Positions 20,650-29,900 of a stretch of DNA of 64,000 nt are shown one piece after another; position 1 is the first letter of the stretch; each line of letters starts with the position of its first letter. The position numbers were made by a program, and so were the translations under genes. The stretch is from a virus. Taxonomy: Duplodnaviria > Caudoviricetes. The stretch covers positions 1 through 64,000 of the IMG/VR virus record IMGVR_UViG_3300029288_000151. One strand, written 5' to 3'. The notes under the pieces are model-generated. The model was not told the DNA's origin, did not search any database, and was given only the letters and a program-made list of their open reading frames with translations.

Positions 20650-23600
20650 TAGAGATTGCCTCCTACGTTTGGATCCTGAGAGGCATTAAACCATCCGCCC
20701 GCAATGCTATCCAAAATATTCCAATTAATTGTAGCAAGGCTTTCTGAAATGTCTGTTCTGTCGTACCCATCTTCAAAATCTTCACTCCATTGCACCCATT
20801 GACCCCAAAGATTAGCAAAAGAAGATGAGTATTTACTTGCTGCAGCAATACTTGTAAACGGTTTGCCCCCAAAATATAGAGGATTCATTGTAACCGGATT
20901 CCCTGTCTGGCTATGATGCATCAAGAAGAAAGCACCAATCATCATTCCCGCTTTTCCCATTGCGTTCATTGTAGAATTTTTACCATATAGAACAGTGTCT
21001 TTCATTTTGTCAAACAAGGAGACCTGTGTTGCTTTCTGCCTCGCGGCATCAGAAGAAGAGAGCCATAACATTGATATAGTATTAAACATAGAATCAAACC
21101 ACCCTTTGGTAGCCCAATCGTTAGAGTCAACAACCATGTCTGGAGTTATGATAGAGATAAACCCTTCTTCTTGATTAAAGATATGAATAACCTGTTCAAC
21201 TTCTATTGGTCCATACATATCATTTACATTGTCCTGTAAACAGATTATGTCATAGGGCTTTATTGTCTCTTCGCCAATTAAGACAAGTTCTCCCTTATAT
21301 GAGTCTTTTAACCCCTCAATCAAAAGACCCTGAGCATACCTTTTCGCCATCATCTCAGTAATACAAGATGGATATACCGCTTCATATTTTCTAATCATAT
21401 GATCTGGAATATTATCATTTAGTTTCATCGTATAAGTTCCAGACTCTCCCATCTCCACCATTTCGGTATATTCCTTCGCCTCTCTTTCATTGCTAGTCTC
21501 ATCTTTCACATCTTCGTCATTTGAATAACGGACTTCAACAGCATTAAAGGTATTCTGTACCGAAGTTCTTATCTCATTCTTAAGAATATGGTATTCAGAA
21601 GTTGCCATAAAATAATTTCTGAATGGTCGGTATCTACCAAAGATTCTGCCAAGGTAGAAACCTAAAGACCTATTATCTATGTTGTTCCCACTAGTTATAA
21701 TAGCTTTATATAAATCTGGATTTATCTTACTAAGAGCTGCCAACTTTTGTTTGGTATTAGGATTGTTCATTATCTCTTTAAGATTTCCGGAAAGCTTACC
21801 ATAAGAAGAAATCTGATCTGTCCAAAGAGTAGAAATTATTGATTCTTGTATTGTACAAGCTCGGCTCCAATAGTTTTGTCCTTTAGGGCCAAAGAACATC
21901 GTCATTCTTGGCGAGTGCCCGTATGGAACAGCAAGAGAAACATATCCGGGATGGCGTAACTCATGCTCTTTAAAAATTTCCCAAGGAGTAATCATTAAAG
22001 GGCGATAAGCACAGGCATTATTCCAGACCCGGTCTCCCGCACCAGAATAAACCGTATAAGGAGGAGGGAAAATATTATCATCCTGAGGCTGGTTTAAAAA
22101 GTTATTTTTCTTGAGCATAACATTCATACTCGCTTGCGCCCAAGAATCAAGAGGATTCAGACTAAGCAAATCAGTGCCATAACCACCAGTTAACTGACTT
22201 CTAACTTCTGCTGGATTATATGTTGGATTGAAATCTTGTCTACCAAAGTGCATAACAAATGGCTGTATGATTGCCGCAGACAAAGCTTGCATAGAAGAAT
22301 AAAAGGTAACATCCTCTTCAAATGCCCCTACTGTGGACGCTTCAAGCTCTGCCCCGTATCCCTGACATAAGATTTCAAGAATCTTCCCATCTTCATTTGG
22401 CTCAATCTCAACAATCTGACCAAGAAAAACCGTTTCTAAAACTTCACTATCATTAGCATAGCCGAGGCGAATTTGTACCTTTACCCCATCCTGCAAGATC
22501 ATATTGGCAAAAGGATTCTCTCTGCTTGTCTCTGCAAAGAATCCAGTAGCGTCTTCTACTGCTTTTTCGTTAGCAAGTATCTGATCTTCTGTTTCTCCAA
22601 ATCTTTTGCGTAATAAAATTCCAGCGACATTCGTCATTCTAATGATAGCAAGATCGGCAGCTACTTTTCTTGATCTAATAACTCTAATCTCTTGGATAGA
22701 TGAGTAACTATAGAAGTCATCAAATGCTCTATAATTTTTAGTTCCCTGCTCACTGTCTTCGTCAATGAAATAGATTCTAAATGTCGGATAGGCACGGCGC
22801 ATAGAGATATCTTTCTTGCGCGAGCCGACAGAAAGTTCTGCGATAGAACGGGAAACAAGAGTGGCCGTATCAATCGTTGTGGCTGGAACAGAAGCAATTT
22901 TATTTAATGTTTGCTTTGTCTCTGCTATTTTTGATGTTATTTCTGCCGACGACGAAGACGCAATAATTTGGTTGTTATTCTCAGAAGTCCCTTGTAAATC
23001 TGACCGATCAGACTCTGCCTCGGGAATATTCCGTTCTCCATTTAATCCACGATCGGTCTCTAAACTATCTACATTCGGGCCGACAAGGAACTCTTTTGGA
23101 ACTTCTACGACTCCGTCCTTTGTAACCGTACCATAGACAGAAGCCTTTATGTTCTCAATAGCCTGTTTCTTGTCTTGAACACTAAGCTGAGATCGGATTC
23201 CTTTATCAAGATAGTTTGTAAGATAAGGACTCATAAGAATTGTAGTATTTAAAAACCCATCAAAAGCCTGTTCTTCTAGCGTTCCTTGTTTTGCCGACAA
23301 GACAGAATACTTACTTAACAAATCAGAAGGAGAAAAAGTAACTGATTTCCCGAACATCCCTGCTGCAAACTGAACAGTATCGTACATAAAACTATTTACT
23401 TGCTGCGCTCGAAGAGCAAACCCTAAATTTATCGTTGCTCCAAGATTATTAAAGACACTGTATTCTCCACCAGAAAGCCAATTAGAAAAACCATATTCAA
23501 TTCCAAATTGTTCATTCATATTTATTTTTGTTTCTCTAATTTTTGTCGCATTCACAGAAGCATAAGTTCCACCAAATAGAGAGTTATATATATAATTATC

Positions 23601-26600
23601 TATAGAAGCAGCTTCTTTCATTACGTGGATCTTTACATTGGCTTCTAGATTCTTTGGATCATTATATCCAGCAATCGTTGCGTCTTCCAGAGAATCGTCA
23701 TAGACATAGAACTCTGGTGTTAATGGAACATCAAGGCCAGGCATATCTGGCAGATATAGATCCATATAACACTCGCTCATCTGACCATGGACAACACTCA
23801 TCAAATACTTATAAACATCCTCTCCAAAATAGGACTTAAAGGAAGCGGAATCTCTTCCGGCATAAGCCATTGCCCTATCGGCAAGTTGACCAAGCTTGGT
23901 TAAAAGTTTTCTATATCTCTGAGAAGCTTCTCGGCTAGAAGCGTCATAGTTTCTATAGATCTCAAAACCTCGAACCTTCCCTTTGCCGACAATCTCTACT
24001 CCTGTTCCTCCAATCAGATTAATCGCTTCTTGCCCCAGCTCTTTGGCGATCTTTTGTTCCCATGTAGCAGCCTCGCCTTTAACTTTGACTGGCGTATTCA
24101 TCAAAGGAAATCCTTTAGAAATTTCCTTTACCTCTCTCGCTAGATCATTAGCAATTGATGACAACCAATCGGGGCACTTGGGATCTTTTAACTTAACAGA
24201 ATGCAGATCACTTGCCGTTCTCAGTTGAGAGTAGAACATCATTGACAACATCTTGTCCTGCATCTCTTTCGTCGCTTTATCGGCTATAGCAGGATTCAAC
24301 CAGTCTGTCGCAGTAGAAGCCGTAATCCCAATTAAAGTAGATGCTTTAGAAAGAGCAGTCGAATAATGATCTGCTGTTCTTACTAGATTTATATTGCCAG
24401 TGAGCACATTAAAGATCTGCTCTCCAGAAGAACCAATAGGATGTGCATCTAGATATTTTCTTATCGCCTCGTTTTCATCTGCTTTTAATAGAGACAATAA
24501 CCGTTTCCCGATCGCCATCTTGATCTTCCAGTCAATAGCGCCACGCTGATCAAGCTGTTCTTTCCGGATATCCTGCGCGACGAACTCAACAACGAAGTCG
24601 TATAAGTCTACTGACCCTTCTGTTGATTGTTCAGAAGTTTCGGAAATCACAATATTTTTTATCTTCGCCAAAGAGAAGATATTATTAATACTTGATGGTT
24701 GTTCGTTGTTCTGCCAACCAACCTGGATAGAACCAGAACCAAGGATATTGCTAAACGTTCTTGAGATGGCTTGTGTCTCTTCAACCATCCTCTTAAGATT
24801 CCGAATAGCAATACGTCCTTCTTCTCCGCCAGCTCTAAAGACAAGAGTTCCTGCTCTATTGCCAGCACCCAAGAATTGCCAAGCACAGCGGTCTTGACCA
24901 ATAAGCTTCATCTTGGCAAGACGATGACCAAAAGTAATTGTGGCGGCAGCAAGAGCAATATTGGGCATTGAATGGCTAGTATCCCCGCCAACGATAAGAG
25001 GATCTGGCACTTGCCAGAATACGTTTCTAACAGAAGGGTCTTCGGTATAAAGCTCCCACCCAGCAGCTCTCTGATTAGTTATCCACTCTGTCCGTTTCTC
25101 TACACTCCTTGTGTCCTTCTCCCTTCTTTGCTCTTCCTTTTCTATCTCTTGCTGAGCTTTGAAATCGTCAACAGTCTCTTCCTGTAAGTCTACTTGCTCG
25201 TCAGCCGTTTCTGTCATTGCAGAATCAGCTAATTCTTCTGAGCGAGAAGGAGCTGGTTTTGGCTGAACAGATTCTGCATTGATAGTAACGTCACTATCAC
25301 AGATTGCCCCATCGTTAGAGGAGAGGATCCTCACTCCGGGAGAGAGAACTGTTTTTGCTCCATGCGCGGATAAGTATAAGTTACCATAATAAATAACAGG
25401 AGGAACTCGTTTAGAGTATTCCTTGTCTATATCCTTATTCGCCAAAGTTAGTCCCGGTTCCGCAAAATCAGTATAACCTATGACGCTTGTAGTATATTCA
25501 GAACCTTTGTACCCTTTTGCAGTCTTATTTAATAACCTTACTTTCGCCGTTGGCATTGGGATTAAACCAGCAGCAAACCGATTGACAACGTTTCGAACAG
25601 ACGGGGGAAAATCGTTCCAGGTAGATTCTTGTGTCTTTTTCTTGTTCTTATCTCCATCAGACCACGCAGAAGGATCTTTCTTCTTCCAGGCAGTACGGTT
25701 GAGAGGTTCTGAATAAGCCACCAAGAAGCGTCCAAACCTTGAGCCTCCAACACACATAAACCTTTGGAACATCGCCCAAAGCATCCAAGCATATTCGCTT
25801 GTTCTTCTACTCGCTTTACTTTCTGTCCATGACCGTGTTTCTCCAGCACAAAGACGTGCCATCATAAATCGATCATAATCGGTTATCCAATAAGAAGGAT
25901 GAGTCCCTCCTGTAAAACGACCTTGTTTTAAAGTTCCACCGGCACTAGCAGTAGTCGAAAAATCCTGTGAAGCATATTTTTCTGCAGCAGTAGGAGCTTC
26001 TGCCCCAGGAGTCTGACCAGAACCAGAAGTCTTATTTCTCGCATCGAAGAACGGAGGAATGGCCTTAAAACTTGTATCCGAACGGAAGAAGTCTTTCGCA
26101 CTTCCAGCTCCAGCATAAGCCTCTGGAGATGTTGGGTTTATATACTTGAATCTGACCCAAGAGAAAGAGAGGAAGTCATCATTGTGTTCCCCACAGAGAG
26201 GCATCAGGCTTTCTAGATGGTCGGCGTAGTACATCCAAGTTTGAGAATACATTGGATATACTACCGGCGTATTTATGCCATTAATTACTGAATCTAGTTG
26301 CGCTGCACTGGCCGCCTTAGCGAAAATACTTGCCGAGTAATCCTGAGTCTCATAAGTATTAAAACCTGTTGCTTTTACCGTGGACTCGTCATTGTCTTTA
26401 ACATCTTCTTCCCCAGCCGTTGGCTCTTCTACTGGCACTGGTAATTTGGCGTTATACCAAAAATGCTTTGAGAATGGGGCATAGTTAAAAGACGCTAACT
26501 GTAGATCAAGATATACCGTACCGGGCTGATCTGCGCTTACGCGCATAGCTCCAGTATAGAGGACAAAGATCATATTAGCATCAGATGACGGACAAAGAGA

Positions 26601-26993
26601 TTCTCTGACTTTATTGTTTTCTATAAATACAAAAGGGTGATGGATAAGCTCTGCTATAAGTCTACGAAGGACAACGGTCTGTTCTGATCCTTCCTTGAAC
26701 GCCAAAGTAAAATTAACGAATCCTACCTCTTGCCCTTTCGCTTCTACAACAGGAGAAGATGTTCTGAGCGTCTCTGCAACGAACACATCTGAAACATTAT
26801 TGATTTTAATTGATGTGGCCGGGACACTATCAAAAACTATGTCGTTGATTACAAGGAAATCTGACGGCAGCTTCCTAACGGATTCACGCGCCGAATATTC
26901 GACTTCTTCTCCTGAGTTCTTAAACGCAATGATCTTCTCAATCTCTGCGTTTTGAACTGCTCTTTGCTGGTAATCGTTTGTAGTCTTGGCCAT
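20649..26993 (-). CDS. Large baseplate hub protein (gp27-like C-terminal region) with putative cell-wall hydrolase insert
   Basis: 2114 aa. The C-terminal LQDGVKVQIRLGY...VFLGQIVEI...EILCQGYGAEL is a hub/late-control-D pattern. The internal MMARLCAGET...WAMFQR resembles SleB/Hydrolase_2. Confidence 0.6.
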   Translation of the reverse strand: MAKTTNDYQQRAVQNAEIEKIIAFKNSGEEVEYSARESVRKLPSDFLVINDIVFDSVPATSIKINNVSDVFVAETLRTSSPVVEAKGQEVGFVNFTLAFKEGSEQTVVLRRLIAELIHHPFVFIENNKVRESLCPSSDANMIFVLYTGAMRVSADQPGTVYLDLQLASFNYAPFSKHFWYNAKLPVPVEEPTAGEEDVKDNDESTVKATGFNTYETQDYSASIFAKAASAAQLDSVINGINTPVVYPMYSQTWMYYADHLESLMPLCGEHNDDFLSFSWVRFKYINPTSPEAYAGAGSAKDFFRSDTSFKAIPPFFDARNKTSGSGQTPGAEAPTAAEKYASQDFSTTASAGGTLKQGRFTGGTHPSYWITDYDRFMMARLCAGETRSWTESKASRRTSEYAWMLWAMFQRFMCVGGSRFGRFLVAYSEPLNRTAWKKKDPSAWSDGDKNKKKTQESTWNDFPPSVRNVVNRFAAGLIPMPTAKVRLLNKTAKGYKGSEYTTSVIGYTDFAEPGLTLANKDIDKEYSKRVPPVIYYGNLYLSAHGAKTVLSPGVRILSSNDGAICDSDVTINAESVQPKPAPSRSEELADSAMTETADEQVDLQEETVDDFKAQQEIEKEEQRREKDTRSVEKRTEWITNQRAAGWELYTEDPSVRNVFWQVPDPLIVGGDTSHSMPNIALAAATITFGHRLAKMKLIGQDRCAWQFLGAGNRAGTLVFRAGGEEGRIAIRNLKRMVEETQAISRTFSNILGSGSIQVGWQNNEQPSSINNIFSLAKIKNIVISETSEQSTEGSVDLYDFVVEFVAQDIRKEQLDQRGAIDWKIKMAIGKRLLSLLKADENEAIRKYLDAHPIGSSGEQIFNVLTGNINLVRTADHYSTALSKASTLIGITASTATDWLNPAIADKATKEMQDKMLSMMFYSQLRTASDLHSVKLKDPKCPDWLSSIANDLAREVKEISKGFPLMNTPVKVKGEAATWEQKIAKELGQEAINLIGGTGVEIVGKGKVRGFEIYRNYDASSREASQRYRKLLTKLGQLADRAMAYAGRDSASFKSYFGEDVYKYLMSVVHGQMSECYMDLYLPDMPGLDVPLTPEFYVYDDSLEDATIAGYNDPKNLEANVKIHVMKEAASIDNYIYNSLFGGTYASVNATKIRETKINMNEQFGIEYGFSNWLSGGEYSVFNNLGATINLGFALRAQQVNSFMYDTVQFAAGMFGKSVTFSPSDLLSKYSVLSAKQGTLEEQAFDGFLNTTILMSPYLTNYLDKGIRSQLSVQDKKQAIENIKASVYGTVTKDGVVEVPKEFLVGPNVDSLETDRGLNGERNIPEAESDRSDLQGTSENNNQIIASSSSAEITSKIAETKQTLNKIASVPATTIDTATLVSRSIAELSVGSRKKDISMRRAYPTFRIYFIDEDSEQGTKNYRAFDDFYSYSSIQEIRVIRSRKVAADLAIIRMTNVAGILLRKRFGETEDQILANEKAVEDATGFFAETSRENPFANMILQDGVKVQIRLGYANDSEVLETVFLGQIVEIEPNEDGKILEILCQGYGAELEASTVGAFEEDVTFYSSMQALSAAIIQPFVMHFGRQDFNPTYNPAEVRSQLTGGYGTDLLSLNPLDSWAQASMNVMLKKNNFLNQPQDDNIFPPPYTVYSGAGDRVWNNACAYRPLMITPWEIFKEHELRHPGYVSLAVPYGHSPRMTMFFGPKGQNYWSRACTIQESIISTLWTDQISSYGKLSGNLKEIMNNPNTKQKLAALSKINPDLYKAIITSGNNIDNRSLGFYLGRIFGRYRPFRNYFMATSEYHILKNEIRTSVQNTFNAVEVRYSNDEDVKDETSNEREAKEYTEMVEMGESGTYTMKLNDNIPDHMIRKYEAVYPSCITEMMAKRYAQGLLIEGLKDSYKGELVLIGEETIKPYDIICLQDNVNDMYGPIEVEQVIHIFNQEEGFISIITPDMVVDSNDWATKGWFDSMFNTISMLWLSSSDAARQKATQVSLFDKMKDTVLYGKNSTMNAMGKAGMMIGAFFLMHHSQTGNPVTMNPLYFGGKPFTSIAAASKYSSSFANLWGQWVQWSEDFEDGYDRTDISESLATINWNILDSIAGGWFNASQDPNVGGNL

Positions 26994-26995
26994 AA

Positions 26996-29900
26996 TTACA
27001 TCTGTTCGTGAATTTTGTTAGCGAGCATACGAGGATCCATAGCCGAACGATTATCGTTAACATGCATCCGAGCATTAACACTAGAAGAATTCATAGAAGA
27101 AGCATACCTCATTGCCCCATTATAATCCTTATCCAAATCACGAGAGTCATAACTGCCAGTCATTCTTGAAGAAGGGAGAGAATAGGTTCTAGGACTTCGT
27201 TGTATCCTGGCCTTTGGAATCGACATTCCCGGTCCAGAGGGAGGCATGGAATTCATCATGTCCACATTATGGCCACCAGCAGGGCCTTCCTTGTTTGGAT
27301 TTTTAAGAGAACCAGAGACAGCTGGCGCAGACATCATTATAGCAGCCCCAGCTAAAGCCCCCAAAACCAAAGGCTTTTTAGCTCGGGACATAACCGAAGC
27401 TACTTGTGAGGCTTTATTGGTTAATCCTTTTATCCTTCTAGAAGCCATAGATAAGATGTTTCCTTCTCCTTCCTCAATACCACGAACCATTCTTTGTCCT
27501 ACGTCAAGACTCAGTCCTTCCCTAGAGAAAGCAAGATGTTCAGCCATCCTTTCCCTGGTCAGCTGGCGGCTTCCTTTGCTAGCGGCGGCAAGCTCATGTG
27601 ACAACTCAACTTCTCTCTGAGACGCACGCAATGCCTCAACAGAAGTTCTGGCTGCTTTAGTAGGACTGTAATCTAAAGAATAGGACTTCCCCTTTAGCTC
27701 AGTAGATAGCTCTCTGCCTTCTCCAAAGACATCTCTAAAAACACCAGCAAGGGCATCTTCGTCTGCCGTCTCAACCGCCGCGCCAAGACGCTTATAAAGG
27801 TCTGCCCCAGCAACCATACCGTGCTTGGCATTGATACTGGCCCTTTCTTCTATGTGCCAGAACATAGCAGCAAGCTCGTTATAGTGCTCTGGTTTATTAG
27901 CGGAAACTGCTAACTTCATCTTTTGTAATGCAATATTCGTTTCTCCAGCAGCCATCTTCCCATAGGCAGCAGTCCGAGCTTCTGCCTGTTCAGCAGCCAA
28001 TCCTCGGAGAGTAGCGCCTGGAACTTCTTTCTCTTTGATTGCCCGATCAAGCATATAATGGTTAGCTAAATACTTATTATAGTTCTCCTGTATCTCATTA
28101 GTAGTAAGCCGACTTACCCTACTCTCTAAATCTTTATTCTTAATGAAGGAGGCAGTAAGCATATCTTTGTCATAGTCAGCCTTCATCCCCACGTCTTGAG
28201 AAAGGTCAGTCAATACATCGCCAACCATTCCCATCTCTCGCGGAGTATAGATCATATAATCCTTGGCTTCTCTCATCATTCGGAAACGAGAAGCCTGAAT
28301 GCTTTCTGGCGATACATGAGGATGTCTACCAAGCATTCCTCCAATATCTTCTCCAGCGACAAACCTTTCTCTCATGGCTCGAAGGCCTTCTTGGTCTGCG
28401 GCAGAAGATCTCTCAATAAGCTCGTCAAACATTTCTTCGCCAGTTCTACGAGAGATTCCAGCTGCTCCTCCCATCCTCTCTGTCATCTCTTGGGACATCC
28501 TCTCCGCCGTAAGCTGTCGGGTCCCATAAACACGAGAGGATGCACTACTAAGATTGGCGTATTCACGGAAACCAACATCTCTTAGATTCTTTGCTGCCGC
28601 CTCTATACTTTCTGTCTCTCCTCCTGCAGCCGCCTGTAACTCTCCGAAAGCCTTGGACAATTCAGACTGGAATACTTCTCCCTTGGCAGAGACAGGAAGC
28701 ATAGCCGACATTTCAGACATACCAGGTCGATATATTCTAGAGGCTCCTCCGAAGGCCTCGACTCCTTTCCCTAAATCAAGCCACTGGCCAGCCTCTCCTA
28801 CTGGCCCGGCCTTATTAATAGCAACAGCTTCTGGACCCAAGAGTGCTTCCAGTTTACCTGGCCCCATGCCAACAAGAGACTCCTGCATCCTTTGGGCTGC
28901 CAGAAGACCCTTTGGTTTCTCAAACCTGGTAACGATATCGGCGGCTAAATCTGAACCAAGTGTTGCGTCTCCTGCATAACTTTTCTGTGCCAACAAACGG
29001 ATGCCTGCTGGGTCCATCTTCATACGTCCACCGGCACCTCCTTCCATCGGGAGGTCACCAAGGAACATACTTTCAAGGCCATAGACACCTTTTGATCCAG
29101 AGATCATTTTTGTCTCAGCCTCAGATAACAATCCTTCTTCTGCCATCCTGGCTAATTGTGCCTGGGGGATCATGCCAAAGATAGAAGGAGCATGCTCTTC
29201 TCCCATAAGACCAAGTATCCTTGCCCCGCCAACAATCCTCTTCTGCAAAATGTATTGAAGTTCTTCTGTAGAAACCTGGCCAGCAGAAGCAGCTGCCTCG
29301 TTAAGACCAAGATAGTTGACTTGGTTCGATAAGAATCCTCTTGCCGCCGGAGAAGCTTTTCTCCAAACATCTGCTTTATTAATATCAAAATTATCTAGTC
29401 CCTCTGCCGCGAACAAAGACATTGCTGACATCTGCTGTGCAAACAAAGCATACGGTGTTTTTGCTAGCCGCTCGGCGCTCATAAAAGCATTAACTGTGTT
29501 CCCGCCAATTGCTGTCTTGGCCCCCGCCGCCACTGCACCAATCATCTCATTGATTACTCTTTGATCTTGTGCCTTCATCATGTTCTTGGTGGCATCGCCA
29601 AACATCTTACCAATCATGCCTTCTTGCATGCGGTATTTCTCTCGCAGGTAAACGGCGACAACATCTTTCTTTACCGGACGAGCACCAATTATTTCCTGCG
29701 TTATCCCCTCTACCCCTCCACCACGAACGGCTCTACCTTCTGCACCAATACCAATCATCTGACCTTGATTAAGAGGGACAGGAGAAGATAATTTTATTGA
29801 TTGTCCAATTTGAAGACCATTGCGATTTGCTTCGATTACTTCTTGGACAGCCTGGTTTATATCAAGTCCCGGCGCATAACGGATCTGCTTTGACACAACA

